Assembly (NCBI GenBank): GCA_965219385.1
Contig: CBDCNM010000002.1
Location: 3,172,305 to 3,236,304 of the forward strand
From: Candidatus Latescibacterota bacterium
GTDB taxonomy: Bacteria > Latescibacterota > UBA2968 > UBA8231
DNA length: 64,000 nucleotides
Direction of reading: 5' to 3'
Shown piece by piece: positions 1 through 10,587 of this stretch (positions within the stretch are counted from its first letter, which is position 1; every line of letters begins with the position of its first letter). The translations under genes and the position numbers were made by a program. Under the pieces are notes generated by a model, which was not told the origin of the DNA, did no database searches, and saw nothing but the letters and a program-made list of their open reading frames with translations.

Positions 1-266
1 AGCAGGCCTTAGCTCAGACGCAAGAGGCGCTGGCTGGGACGCAAAAGAATTCGTCCACGAGTTCCACCAAGCCGCCTTCCTCCGATATCGTCAAGCCGCC
101 CAAGCCCAGGTCCAAGAAAGGCTGCAATCGTCGTCAGGGCGGCCAGCCAGGCCATGCCAACTATGAGCGGACCTTCCGGCTGGAAGAAGCGGATGTCGTG
201 CACGCGCACACCCTGGATCGGTATCCGCGCTGTGCGGATCAGTCCCTGATTCGCTGCGTCGAAGAC
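1..266 (+). pseudogene. IS66-family transposase (TnpC) N-terminal relic, frameshifted
   Basis: Reads KNSSTSSTKPPSSDIVKPPKPRSKKGCNRRQGGQPGH, then in a shifted frame LEEADVVHAHTLDRYPRC. This is the typical IS66 N-terminus followed by a degenerate Zn-ribbon. Confidence 0.7.
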
Positions 267-321
267 GACCCTTTCCAGGCCCGAGATAGAATTCGTGGAA
301 TGCGAAAAAACAAGCAGGTTA

Positions 322-350
322 TTGACATATCCGGCTGTGTTCATTAGCAT
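322..350 (+). promoter_or_regulatory. sigma70-like promoter
   Basis: TTGACA-17 nt-TAGCAT upstream of the AAGGAG RBS and ATG 404. Confidence 0.55.
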
Positions 351-403
351 AACAAGGACAAATCTTCCAGCGCAGATCCAATAACCTAAGGAGTTCAGAG
401 AAA

Positions 404-2710
404 ATGGGTGATGTAGAGTTGACCTATCCCGATTTCACCAGCGACGGCAAGTACAAAGTCATCGGCACCCGCCCCGTGCGCCACGACGGTGTCGACAAGG
501 TCACCGGCCGCGCCATATACGGCGGCGATGTCAGGCTCCCGGACCTGCTCTACGGCAAGGTCCTGCGCAGCCCCCATCCCCACGCCCGCATCGTTTCCAT
601 CGACACCAGCAAGGCCTTCGAACTGCCGGGAGTGCGCGCCGTGGCCACCGCCGACGATCTGGTCGAAACCGTGGACCAGATGTCGGATATCGGCGAGACC
701 CACGTCAACATCCGCGAACTGGCCCAGAATTCCCTGGCTTCCGACAAGGTCCTCTACAAGGGCCACGCCGTGGCGGCCGTAGCCGCTACCAGCGCGCACA
801 TCGCCGAAGAAGCCCTGGACCTGATCGAGGTGGTCTACGAACCCCTGCCCGCCGTGGTCGACGTGCGCCAGGCCATGCAGGAAGGCGCCCCGCTCCTGGA
901 CGAGAACCGCAAGACCCGTTCCTTAGGCGAGGACGAGGACAGACCCAGCAACATCGCCAGCCACAACCAGCACGATATAGGCGATATCGACAAAGGCTTT
1001 GAAGAGGCCGACGTGGTGGTCGAGCGCGAGTTTACCACGGCCACCGTGCACCAGGGCTACATCGAGCCCCACAACACCACGGTACTGTGGAAGAAGGACG
1101 GTAGTGTCACGGTCTGGGTCAGCACCCAGGGCCCCTTCGATATCCGCACCCAGGTTGCCCAGGTGCTGCAGGTGCCCATCTCCAAGGTCAAGGTGATTCC
1201 CTGCGAGATCGGCGGCGGCTTTGGCGGCAAGTTCCCCATCTACATGGAGCCGGCGGCCGCGGTCATGTCGCACAAGACCGGGCATCCGGTCAAGATGGTG
1301 ATGAGCCGCACCGAGGTCTTCGAGGGCACCGGGCCGGGGCCAGGCTCCTATATCCGCTGTAAAATGGGGGCGACCAAAGATGGCAGGATCGTCGCGGCCT
1401 ATGCCTATATGGCCTACGAAGCCGGGGCTTATCCAGGCTCGGCCGTGGGGGCCGGAGCCGCGTGCATGTTCTCACCCTACGACATCGAAAACGTCCGCAT
1501 TGACGCCTTCGACGTGGTGGTCAACAAGCCCAAGTCCAGCGCCTACCGGGCCCCGGGCGCGCCCAACGCGGCCTTTGCCTCCGAGAGCGTGCTCGACGAG
1601 ATCGCCGAACAACTGGACGTGGACCCGCTGGAGCTGCGCCGCAAGAATTCCTCTCGCGAGGGCACCCGGCGTTCGGACGGCACGATCTACAATAAAATCG
1701 GCTGTGAGGAGACGGTCGAAGCCGCCTTGCAGAACCAGCACTACAAGAGCGAACTGAAGGGTCCCCACCGCGGCCGGGGCGTGGCCTCGGGCTTCTGGTT
1801 CAACGGCGGCGGCCAGTCCGTGGCCACCCTCAGCGTCAATCCCAACGGCACCGTCAACCTGGTCGAAGGTTCGGTGGACATCGGCGGCACCCGCGCGGCC
1901 ATGGCCATGATCGTGGCCGAGGAGCTGGGGTTGCAGGCCGAGGACGTCAACCCGATGGTGGTCGACACCGATTCTATCGGCCACACCGACGGCACCGGCG
2001 GCAGCCGGGTGTGCTACGCTACGGGCCACGCCTGCTACCTGGCGGCCGAGGACCTCAAGGAGGAGATGAGCAAACGCGCCGCCCTGATCCTGGAGGTGGA
2101 AGAAGGCGAGGTGGAATTCGACGACGGCGACTTTGTCTGCATCCGCGATTCGAGCAAGCGCCTCACCTTTGCCGAGGTCGCCGCCCAGCAGAGCAGCACC
2201 GGCGGATCCATCGTCGGCAAGGGCGGCATCAGCGCCAGCGGGGCGGGCAATGCCTTTGCCACCCACATCGTCGACGTCGAGGTCGACCCCGAGACCGGCA
2301 AGGTGGAAATCCTGCGCTACACCGCCGTTCAGGATGTGGGCAAGGCCATCCACCCCAGCTACGTGGAGGGCCAGATCCAGGGCGGCGTGGTCCAGGGCAT
2401 CGGCTGGGCCCTCAACGAGGGATATTTCTACACCGAGGACGGCGTCATGGCCAATCCCACCTTCCTGGACTACCGCATGCCCACGGTGCTGGATCTGCCC
2501 TTGATCGAAACGGTGCTGGTGGAGGTGGCCAACCCGGCGAGTCCGCACGGCATCCGCGGCGTCGGCGAGGTGCCCCTGGTGCCGCCCATGGCCGCGGTGG
2601 CCAATGCCATTTACCGGGCCACGGGCAAGCGCCTGCAGGACCTGCCCATGACTCCGGACCGGGTAGTCGCAGCGCTTGGCGAAGACCGGTTCCGCGAGGC
2701 GGCTGGTTGA
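404..2710 (+). CDS. xanthine dehydrogenase/aldehyde oxidase family molybdopterin-binding large subunit
   Basis: 768 aa; KVTGRAIY, LRSPHPHARI, IGGGFGGK, AYRAPG, QIQGGVVQGIG and RGVGE motifs. Confidence 0.92.
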   Translation: MGDVELTYPDFTSDGKYKVIGTRPVRHDGVDKVTGRAIYGGDVRLPDLLYGKVLRSPHPHARIVSIDTSKAFELPGVRAVATADDLVETVDQMSDIGETHVNIRELAQNSLASDKVLYKGHAVAAVAATSAHIAEEALDLIEVVYEPLPAVVDVRQAMQEGAPLLDENRKTRSLGEDEDRPSNIASHNQHDIGDIDKGFEEADVVVEREFTTATVHQGYIEPHNTTVLWKKDGSVTVWVSTQGPFDIRTQVAQVLQVPISKVKVIPCEIGGGFGGKFPIYMEPAAAVMSHKTGHPVKMVMSRTEVFEGTGPGPGSYIRCKMGATKDGRIVAAYAYMAYEAGAYPGSAVGAGAACMFSPYDIENVRIDAFDVVVNKPKSSAYRAPGAPNAAFASESVLDEIAEQLDVDPLELRRKNSSREGTRRSDGTIYNKIGCEETVEAALQNQHYKSELKGPHRGRGVASGFWFNGGGQSVATLSVNPNGTVNLVEGSVDIGGTRAAMAMIVAEELGLQAEDVNPMVVDTDSIGHTDGTGGSRVCYATGHACYLAAEDLKEEMSKRAALILEVEEGEVEFDDGDFVCIRDSSKRLTFAEVAAQQSSTGGSIVGKGGISASGAGNAFATHIVDVEVDPETGKVEILRYTAVQDVGKAIHPSYVEGQIQGGVVQGIGWALNEGYFYTEDGVMANPTFLDYRMPTVLDLPLIETVLVEVANPASPHGIRGVGEVPLVPPMAAVANAIYRATGKRLQDLPMTPDRVVAALGEDRFREAAG

Positions 2711-2841
2711 ACTGTGTCTCTCTTGTAGGTCGGGCAGTCGGTCTAGGATCGCGTTCTAGCCCAGATGGGGATTTTCGTATAGGCTCTTGATGCCCGGGCC
2801 ACCCTCGCGGTTGGCCCGGGCATTTTCCTGAAGACAGGGCC

Positions 2842-3696
2842 ATGCCTGCCGCAATCGATCCACACCACTTCGTAGAAACCATGTTGCCCGTGGTCCGCCA
2901 GTGCGCCCGGGCCTCGCTGATCTTCTACGGCCAAACAGCCGACATCGGCAAGGCCGCGGACACCACCCTGCAAAGCGCCGAAGCCCAGGCCGCTTCCGGG
3001 GCCCTGACTGCCCTGGACAATGCCGTGCAGGACATCATCCTCAGCGTCGCCTTGCAGCGCTTTCCCCAGGTCCGCTGTATCGCCGAAGAAAACACCCCGC
3101 TAAAGCGGCGCTTTAGCGGCCAGGCCGCCGAGTACGCCCTCATCCTCGACCCCATCGACGGCACCCTGCACTTTCAAAAAGGGGATGCGCCCTACCACAT
3201 CTCGCTGGGCCTGGCCCGCAACGGCTGTATGGAAGCCGCCCTGGTGGCCCGCCCCAGCGAGGATAAGATCTTCACGGCCGTGCGCGGTCGGGGGGCCTTT
3301 GTGCAGCGTGGTCAGCGCCGCCCCCAACGCCTGCGCTTGGCCCCAAAACCGCGTACCAACAAGGCCTTCATCTCCTCCAAGGCGCGCGTCTATCAGGAAC
3401 CGGCGCGACCGCTCCTGGATCCGCGCGAGTACCCCATTGGCGCCGCCCTGGTACTGACCCTGATGGCCGAGGGCGAACTGTGCGCCTACCTGACTCGACA
3501 GGTGGAAGTCTACGATGTCGGCCCCCCTTCCCTGATCGCCGAAGAAGCCGGGGCGCGCTGCTTTCTCAAAAACGGCCGCTCACCCCGCTACCAGAACCGG
3601 CACAAATTCAGCTACTTCCTGGGCGCTGCCAGCGAGGATATCCAGGCCATTCTCTTCAATGTGTTGCGCCTGGGAAAAGGAAGGGAAGATAAATGA
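2842..3696 (+). CDS. inositol monophosphatase family protein
   Basis: IAEE, ILDPIDGT and YDVGPPSLIAEEAG motifs. Confidence 0.85.
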   Translation: MPAAIDPHHFVETMLPVVRQCARASLIFYGQTADIGKAADTTLQSAEAQAASGALTALDNAVQDIILSVALQRFPQVRCIAEENTPLKRRFSGQAAEYALILDPIDGTLHFQKGDAPYHISLGLARNGCMEAALVARPSEDKIFTAVRGRGAFVQRGQRRPQRLRLAPKPRTNKAFISSKARVYQEPARPLLDPREYPIGAALVLTLMAEGELCAYLTRQVEVYDVGPPSLIAEEAGARCFLKNGRSPRYQNRHKFSYFLGAASEDIQAILFNVLRLGKGREDK

Positions 3697-4613
3697 AACA
3701 CGCGATCGAGGGGGTTCTGCCCGTCGTCCACATGCCCTATGAAGAAGACCTGAGCATCGACTACGCCACCCTCCAGAAAGAAGTGGACTACCTTTTCGAT
3801 ACCGGCGCCCACGGCCTGTGCCTGGCTCTGGCCTCCGATCTTTTGCGTCTGCGCACCCGCGAACGGCTCGACCTGCCCGCTAAACTGGTGGGCTGGGCCC
3901 GGGACCGCGGACCGGTCATCATCAACGTGGGCGCGGAAAGCACGGTGCAGGCCTGCGAGTACGCCCGGGCGGCCTGCGGTGCCGGTGCCGCGGCACTCAT
4001 GGCCGTCCCGCCCCTGACCCAGGCCCTGCCCGAAAGCGAGCTGCGGCGCTACTACGAGGCCCTCCTGGAGGCGGTCGACATCCCCCTGGTCGTGCAGGAC
4101 GCCAGCTCCTACGTGGGCGCGTCCATGAGCCTGGACTTCCAGGCCAGTCTGCACCAGGAGCACGGCGATCGCATCCTCTTCAAACCCGAGGCCATGCCCC
4201 TGGGACCGCGCATTTCGGCCCTGGGCGAAAAAACCCGGGGGCGGGCCGCCATTTTCGAGGGCAGCAGCGGCGTCCTCCTCATCGACTCCTTTCGCCGGGG
4301 CGTAAAGGGGACCATTCCGGGGGTGGAAATGCTGGACGGCATGGTGGCCCTGTGGGACGCCCTGACCAGGGGCGACGACCAAAGGGCCTATGCCCTCTAC
4401 TTTCCAATCTGCGCCCTGGCCGTGCTCCAGCTCCAGGGCGGTCTGGACGGGCTCATCGCCCTGGAACGCTACCTGATGCACCAGCGCGGCCTCTTTAAAA
4501 ACCAGGTCCACCGCGGCCCTTTCAGCTATGTCCTCGACCCCGAGACCCGGGCCGAAGTAGATCGCCTCTTCGCCCTTTTGCAGCAAGTTGTGCAGGCGGA
4601 ACCGCATGGTTGA
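3693..4613 (+). CDS. dihydrodipicolinate synthase family aldolase/lyase
   Basis: GVLPVVHMPY...IDY N-terminus, Schiff-base Lys in FKPE; ATGA overlap with the upstream gene. Confidence 0.85.
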   Translation: MKHAIEGVLPVVHMPYEEDLSIDYATLQKEVDYLFDTGAHGLCLALASDLLRLRTRERLDLPAKLVGWARDRGPVIINVGAESTVQACEYARAACGAGAAALMAVPPLTQALPESELRRYYEALLEAVDIPLVVQDASSYVGASMSLDFQASLHQEHGDRILFKPEAMPLGPRISALGEKTRGRAAIFEGSSGVLLIDSFRRGVKGTIPGVEMLDGMVALWDALTRGDDQRAYALYFPICALAVLQLQGGLDGLIALERYLMHQRGLFKNQVHRGPFSYVLDPETRAEVDRLFALLQQVVQAEPHG

Positions 4614-5772
4614 GTCCAGGCGCCTGCGGGCCGTGCAGAGCCCGATCATTCCCGATGTCGCGGCCCTGATTCGCGCTACCCCGGGGACCATCTCCCTGGG
4701 GCAGGGCGTGGTGCACTACGGTCCCCCTCAGGAGGTTTTCGACGCGGTTGCCGGCTTTGGCGGGCAGGTCACCGAGCACCACTACCACCTCGCATCCGGT
4801 CTGCCGGAGCTGCAAGGCGGCCTGCGGCAAAAACTGGAGGAGGAAAACCACATTGTAGTGCAGGAAGACCAGGTCATCCTGGTCACGGCCGGCAGCAATA
4901 TGGGTTTTTTTCACACCGTGCTGGCCCTGGCCGATCCGGACGACGAGATCGTTTTGCTGTCGCCTTTTTTCTTTAACCACGAAATGGCCGTGGTCATGGC
5001 CAATTGCCGCCCTGTGGTGGTGCCCACAGACGAGCGCTACCAGCCGCGCTTGGACCTGATCGAAGCGGCTGTGAGCCCGCGGACCCGGGCCATCGTCACG
5101 GTGTCGCCCAACAATCCGGCCGGGGCCGTGTACCTCCCCGAGGACTTGCAGGCCATAAATCGATTATGCCAGGAACGCGGCCTCTACCACATCGCCGACG
5201 AAGCCTACGAGTACTTCACCTACGAGGATGTGCCTCACTTCTCTCCTGGATCTCTCAAAGGCAGCGCCGGCCATACCATCTCGCTGTACTCGTTTTCCAA
5301 ATCCTACGGCCTGGCCAGCTGGCGCGTCGGCTACGTGGTGGCCCCCCGCCACCTGCTGTCGGCCCTGGAAAAAATCCAGGATACCATCCTGATCTGCCCC
5401 CCGGTGATTTCCCAGATAGCGGCCCTGGGCGCGCTCCGGGCCGGCCCCTCCTACTGCCGCAACCTCATCCGGGACGTCGCCCAGGTGCGCGGCTTGTGCC
5501 TGGACCACCTGCGCGAGTTGGAAGGGTATTGTCTGGTGCCGCCGGCTCAGGGCGCCTTCTATTTGCTGATCCGTCTCGAGACCCGGCGGCCGGCCATGGA
5601 AGTAGTGGAATACCTGATACGGGACTACCAGGTGGCGGTCATTCCGGGTACGGCCTTCGGTCTGCACCAGGGCTGCTATATCCGCATCGCCTACGGGGCC
5701 CTGCAACGGGACACCGCCGCCGCGGGCATGGACCGGCTCGTCAGCGGCCTGAAGGACCTCCTGGAGGGCTGA
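4606..5772 (+). CDS. PLP-dependent class I/II aminotransferase
   Basis: SPNNPAG, IADEAYE and SFSKSYGLASWRVG motifs. Confidence 0.92.
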   Translation: MVESRRLRAVQSPIIPDVAALIRATPGTISLGQGVVHYGPPQEVFDAVAGFGGQVTEHHYHLASGLPELQGGLRQKLEEENHIVVQEDQVILVTAGSNMGFFHTVLALADPDDEIVLLSPFFFNHEMAVVMANCRPVVVPTDERYQPRLDLIEAAVSPRTRAIVTVSPNNPAGAVYLPEDLQAINRLCQERGLYHIADEAYEYFTYEDVPHFSPGSLKGSAGHTISLYSFSKSYGLASWRVGYVVAPRHLLSALEKIQDTILICPPVISQIAALGALRAGPSYCRNLIRDVAQVRGLCLDHLRELEGYCLVPPAQGAFYLLIRLETRRPAMEVVEYLIRDYQVAVIPGTAFGLHQGCYIRIAYGALQRDTAAAGMDRLVSGLKDLLEG

Positions 5773-5802
5773 TAGGTGGTGTGCTAAACCGCGAAAATTG
5801 CC

Positions 5803-5831
5803 TTGACATGCCCCATCTACCCGGCTATCTT
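5803..5831 (+). promoter_or_regulatory. sigma70-like promoter
   Basis: TTGACA-17 nt-TATCTT. Confidence 0.55.
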
Positions 5832-5956
5832 CAATATGTAAAGAGTGACCTGAATTCATTTAAGGAATGTCCTATTGGAAGTTCTCCACACTTCGAATGT
5901 GGAACTTCGACAAAGTTGTTTCCGGCATTCTGGTGAGTTGGTCACTCTTTTTAAAT

Positions 5957-8701
5957 ATGGCCTTCATCCATCCCTTCAAACCCTTCTTCGCGGTATTTTC
6001 CGGCTGGCTGTTTCTTGCCGCGGTAGCCCAGGCCCAACCACTCCAGGTCCATCCCCAGACCCTGGACCTGGGACCGGTCAAGCTGGGCACCCGCCTCCAG
6101 GGCGAAGTCGTGCTCGAAAATCTCGGCTCCGACGAACTGGAAATCGCGGTGCGTACAGAGGGGGAGTACTTCACCGCCTCCCCCGAAACCCTTTCTCTGG
6201 CGGGGCAGACCAAAAGAACCATCACCGTAGACTTCGAAGCCCGGGTGGCCGGCGAGCACCAGGGCAGACTGATCGTAGAAGCAAAGACCTTTTTCAAGAA
6301 AGAGCCGTTCGCCCTGTCCCTGCGGGCCCAGGCGCTAAGGGCCCGCATCCACCTCGTCCCGGAGCAGACCCTCCACATGGGCGCGCTACCGGTGGGGGAA
6401 ACAAGCCGCAAAACCATTGCCCTGGCCAATCCCGGCCTGGTGGCACTCACCATGGACAGCCTCTATCTGAAGGCCGGCGAAACCCCCTTTCACATCTTTG
6501 TCACCAGTCCGCTGCAGCTGGATCCGGGGGAGGAGAAAACCCTGGAGGTGGCCTTCACTCCCCGGCGTGGAGGGATCCACCGCGACCACCTGGTTTTCCA
6601 CTCTTCCGACCTGGACCCCCCGCACCTCGAACTGGAGTTGACGGGGGAGGCCCTGGTCTCCCGGGTGGCGTTTTCGCCCCTGCCCGAGGTAGGACTGGAC
6701 TTCAACTCTCTGGAAGTGGGCCATAATCGCACCCGGCATGTCACCCTCCTCAATCAGGGACGGGCCGACCTTCTCATCAAAGGTGTGGAGGTCTCCGGGG
6801 GGGCCTTCACCAGCCCCTGGGACTCCACCGGGGCCGCTGCCGTGCCCGCGGGCGAACGCCGGCGGATCGGGGTGGTCTTTCGTCCCCCCTACGAAGGTCC
6901 TGCCAGCGGCGTGATCATCCTCAGTACCAACGACCCGGAAAATCCCCACGTCGAAATCCCTCTGCTGGGCAGGGCGCAGCTCACCCCGCCCCAGATCGAG
7001 GTCCTCAACGAGGGAGACATCGAATTCGGCAACGTCGCTATCGACAAGTACGAGAGGGACCACCTGGTGGTGTGGAACCGCGGCGGCACCCTCTACACCG
7101 TGCATCTGGACATCGAGGAGACAACCGTGGGGGAGTTCGAGATCAAAACCGCCTCGGTGCTTTTACCGCCGGGCCAGTTCAAGAAGATCGAACTGAAATT
7201 CAGTCCCAGAGAGACCGGCGAACGCCGGGCCGTCCTCCTGGTGGGCACCGAATCCGGCCGCCGCCGGATCCAGATGCACGGCGTCGGAAGATTCCTGGAG
7301 GTGACGCCCACGACCGTGGACTTCGACCGGGTGGTCGTGGGGCAGAGCAGTGCCCAGCAGATCGAAATCCTCAACAGCGGCAACGCCGGCTTCACCATCA
7401 CCAATATCCGCTCGAACAACCAGAAAAACTTCAAGCTCCAATCTCAGGTCAGTCCGGTCAGCCCCTTCAACCTGGCGGCCGACGGCCTCCGGCCCCTGCC
7501 CGTGAGTCTCACTTTTACTCCGGTGGCGCGGGGCGTCACCAGCGGGATTTTGCAACTGGAGGGCCACTGGGACCAGGCCTTTGAGACCCGCGAAATTCTG
7601 CTCAACGGCACCGGGATAGCCGCCGATCTCGAGCTTCATCCGTCCGCTTCCATGGATTTCGACTACGTGGTCGTGGGGGAGAAAGCAGCACAGACCCTGG
7701 TCGCCACCAACACCGGCGATACCGACCTGCAGGTAGAGGCCCATCCCGAGTCTCAGGAGGCCCTTGCGGATCCCTCGTCCTTTTCCCTGCCACCTGGAGC
7801 GTCCACCCCTCTCCAGGTCTTTTTTGCGCCCGAGGCCCTGGGCAAGCGCGCGGCCCAGATCCGGCTGATCAGCAACGATGTCAAGGAAAAAGCACTGCCC
7901 CTGAAAATCAAGGGCCAGGGCGCCCTGGCCAGCCTGGATCTGACCCAAGTCGTCTCGGTCCTGGTCTCGCGCAAGGCCCGCTTCGACACCCTGAAGGTTG
8001 GCTGGAACAACACCCCGGTGGTGCTGCATGACCAGAGTAAAATCGACCTGGTCTTTCACCTGGCTGACTCGCTGAGCAACGCCTTGGTCGGCCGCAAGTT
8101 CAATGTTTCGTGGATTCAGCTGGACGACAACTACGACGAACAGGGAGGCGCCAAACAGACCGAGGTGCAGCTCCACGATTCGGGCGAGGAGCGGGTGCTG
8201 GCCGAGAAGTTCAACCTGCGCCTGCAGGAAAAGTCCAACAAACGGGTGCGCGTAACCATTGCCAGCCGCAACCACCCCGGGGCTCCGCTGCAGAAGATTT
8301 CGCAGGTATTCGAAGCCGGGGGCTGGAAGTGGGAGTTCGAGGCCAAGCCCCTGGTTTCGTTTTTGTCGGTGCGTCCGGGACGCTACTACACGGATGTGGA
8401 CGGCAAGGTAGTAAAGGGCAGAACCGAGCGGCTGGTCGGGCTTCCCGGGTTTGCTTTTTTCGGCTACCACAATGTGGAAAATCCCTCTGTATCCGGGGTG
8501 CATTTGACCGCCACCGGCAATGTGCTGGAGGCGCTTTCCACCGAAAACTCGATTGCGGTTTCGCTGGGTCTGGCCCTTTCTCTGTACAAGGATCGCTTTA
8601 TGTTCGGGATAGGTTGGGACGTGTACGATCGCCGTTCCAAGGCGGTGCGCAAGGGCACCCAGGACTACATCATGACTTTCAAGTACTGGGGGTTGTTCTG
8701 A
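5957..8701 (+). CDS. secreted protein with about six ASH/choice-of-anchor D Ig-like repeats and a novel C-terminal domain
   Basis: Signal peptide (AAVAQA), repeated LDFGxVxVG...N.G...F.P...L.G.G units; start could be 5867. Confidence 0.75.
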   Translation: MAFIHPFKPFFAVFSGWLFLAAVAQAQPLQVHPQTLDLGPVKLGTRLQGEVVLENLGSDELEIAVRTEGEYFTASPETLSLAGQTKRTITVDFEARVAGEHQGRLIVEAKTFFKKEPFALSLRAQALRARIHLVPEQTLHMGALPVGETSRKTIALANPGLVALTMDSLYLKAGETPFHIFVTSPLQLDPGEEKTLEVAFTPRRGGIHRDHLVFHSSDLDPPHLELELTGEALVSRVAFSPLPEVGLDFNSLEVGHNRTRHVTLLNQGRADLLIKGVEVSGGAFTSPWDSTGAAAVPAGERRRIGVVFRPPYEGPASGVIILSTNDPENPHVEIPLLGRAQLTPPQIEVLNEGDIEFGNVAIDKYERDHLVVWNRGGTLYTVHLDIEETTVGEFEIKTASVLLPPGQFKKIELKFSPRETGERRAVLLVGTESGRRRIQMHGVGRFLEVTPTTVDFDRVVVGQSSAQQIEILNSGNAGFTITNIRSNNQKNFKLQSQVSPVSPFNLAADGLRPLPVSLTFTPVARGVTSGILQLEGHWDQAFETREILLNGTGIAADLELHPSASMDFDYVVVGEKAAQTLVATNTGDTDLQVEAHPESQEALADPSSFSLPPGASTPLQVFFAPEALGKRAAQIRLISNDVKEKALPLKIKGQGALASLDLTQVVSVLVSRKARFDTLKVGWNNTPVVLHDQSKIDLVFHLADSLSNALVGRKFNVSWIQLDDNYDEQGGAKQTEVQLHDSGEERVLAEKFNLRLQEKSNKRVRVTIASRNHPGAPLQKISQVFEAGGWKWEFEAKPLVSFLSVRPGRYYTDVDGKVVKGRTERLVGLPGFAFFGYHNVENPSVSGVHLTATGNVLEALSTENSIAVSLGLALSLYKDRFMFGIGWDVYDRRSKAVRKGTQDYIMTFKYWGLF

Positions 8702-9647
8702 ACCTCTCGTAAATCATCACCGCGGCGCACAGATCCTGTACGGCCAGCCCGGTAAAGTAGGCCAGCCTCGGAGACTCCACGGCCAGGTCCAGACGCCCGC
8801 AGGCCGCATCCCCTATGTTCAGCGGTTCTCCGCTGGCGCGGCGTACAAAGGCAATTTGATCGAAGCGTTCTGTCTCCTGGGCATGGGCGAATTCCCCGGA
8901 CTTTCTGGCCTGTTCCACATCGTCGACTACCACCCCCATCTGTTCCAGGACCTCCGGCTCCAGTTGCCGAGTGCGGCCGTCGCCGCCCATGACCGCCAGC
9001 CACAGGGGTTTTTTCAGTTGTTCCATGGACAGAATCGGCCGGGGCGTGGGCACGGCCGTCAGCACTGCGTCTACTCCCTGGATACAATCAGTCAGGGTCT
9101 CGGCCAGATGCAAAGGGGGGCGCAGGTGTGGCCCTACCTTCTGTTGAAAGGCCTGCCTGTTTTCCGCCTTGCGGCTGGTGGCCCGCACCTCCTCCAGGTC
9201 GAATAGCTGATCCACGGCCAGGGCCAGCACCTGCGCTATGCGGCCGGTGCCGAGGAGGGCGACGCGGGCGATGGGGGTTCGGGCCAGGTACTTGATCCCC
9301 AGAGCCCCGGCCGCGCCCGTGCGCATGTCGGTAATGTGATCCGCATCTAGCCTGATTTCCAGACCCCGTTCCAGGTCTTCGAGCAGGATGGAGGCCTGGC
9401 GCTGACCCAGTTTGCCCTCTTCCACCTTCGAGCGCTCTTCGATGATCTTGCGCATGTGGTACCGGCCCGGCCATTCCGCCGGCATCTCCAGCCGGAAGCA
9501 GTCCTTTGTGGCCGTCTCCGAGCGAGTTGGATTGATCACCTCGCCCCGGCCGTAGAGCTGAAAGGCCTGGTCGCAGGATTCGAGGTAATCGGCAATGGAA
9601 AAGGCCGAGCGAAAGTCTTCTTCGCGCAAGTGTCGCACCTCGGGCAT
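8679..9647 (-). CDS. ornithine cyclodeaminase/mu-crystallin family protein
   Basis: ITDMRTGAAGALG, LLGTGRIA and FTGLAVQDL motifs. Confidence 0.85.
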   Translation of the reverse strand: MPEVRHLREEDFRSAFSIADYLESCDQAFQLYGRGEVINPTRSETATKDCFRLEMPAEWPGRYHMRKIIEERSKVEEGKLGQRQASILLEDLERGLEIRLDADHITDMRTGAAGALGIKYLARTPIARVALLGTGRIAQVLALAVDQLFDLEEVRATSRKAENRQAFQQKVGPHLRPPLHLAETLTDCIQGVDAVLTAVPTPRPILSMEQLKKPLWLAVMGGDGRTRQLEPEVLEQMGVVVDDVEQARKSGEFAHAQETERFDQIAFVRRASGEPLNIGDAACGRLDLAVESPRLAYFTGLAVQDLCAAVMIYERFRTTPST

Positions 9648-10124
9648 TGGGTGCCTTTCACAAGATGATGTGGTTTTCTTTTGGTCGGGTATCAAAATAT
9701 ACGATAAAAGTGCTTGCCACCAAGGATTAGGATTAGATATATTGGGCTTGTGCACAAAAGAGCACTATTCACCTGTGCCGGGGAGGAAAAGCGTGGACAC
9801 GGAACTTGCCCTTTTTCCTGCCTAGTCCTCTCTATCTTTCCTGGTGTTGCCTCGGCCTGCTGCTGGCCGGTCCATCGCCTTGGGCGACTACGAAACGCCG
9901 GCCGGCCCGACCTGTCCCTCGCGGAAAATCCAGGTGGAGACCGGGAAGTTATTGCCGCTGCGCTGAGCGGCTCCGATCTAGACTGAGCACCGCGTCACAA
10001 TTGATGCTGTTTCCGCGGACTCCACGCGGCTTCTCAGCAGCTTGACTAAATCAATGAATTTCCATTCATTTATTATCAGGCGCGTACAAGGCAAAACCCG
10101 CTGGTTGAAGAGAGAATTCAAGAG

Positions 10125-10565
10125 ATGCCGGAGAAGATACTGTGGTTGGTGGCGAGTGCTGCGGGAATCGTCCTCCTGGTCGCTGGCCTGTGGCAAGAAG
10201 AGACCCCCGAGCAGAAAGAAGAGACCGGCAAAGCCCTTGAGCCGTCCCTGTATCTGCAAGGCCCCATCCGGGTAGAGGTCCTCAACGGCTGCGGCGTACC
10301 ACAGGTTGCCGCCCGCCTGACCAAAAAAGCACGCCCCCTGGGGCTGGACGTGATCCACGAGGGCAATGCCATAAACTTCAACTTCCTTCACACCATGGTC
10401 ATCGACCTCAGCGGCGAGCGCCACAAAGCGCTTCAGGTAGCCTCGGTTCTGGAGATTCCGCACTGTATCCAGCAGATCACCGAAGATGCCTACCGGCTCG
10501 CGGATGTTTCGGTCATCATCGGTCGCGATTACAGGCAGATGAACCTGTTCGAGGAAAACCACTGA
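10125..10565 (+). CDS. LytR C-terminal domain membrane protein
   Basis: TM helix, IRVEVLNGCGVPQVA, DVSVIIGRDY. Confidence 0.85.
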   Translation: MPEKILWLVASAAGIVLLVAGLWQEETPEQKEETGKALEPSLYLQGPIRVEVLNGCGVPQVAARLTKKARPLGLDVIHEGNAINFNFLHTMVIDLSGERHKALQVASVLEIPHCIQQITEDAYRLADVSVIIGRDYRQMNLFEENH

Positions 10566-10587
10566 GAGGAGGGTTTTCACCAGCCCT

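Noticed and set aside
404..2710. CO dehydrogenase coxL
   Set aside because: The active-site loop is AYRAPG, not AYxCSFR (form I) or AYxGAGR (form II)
9760..10050. Small ORF or ncRNA between the cyclodeaminase and LytR_C genes
   Set aside because: No convincing RBS, motif or recognisable RNA structure
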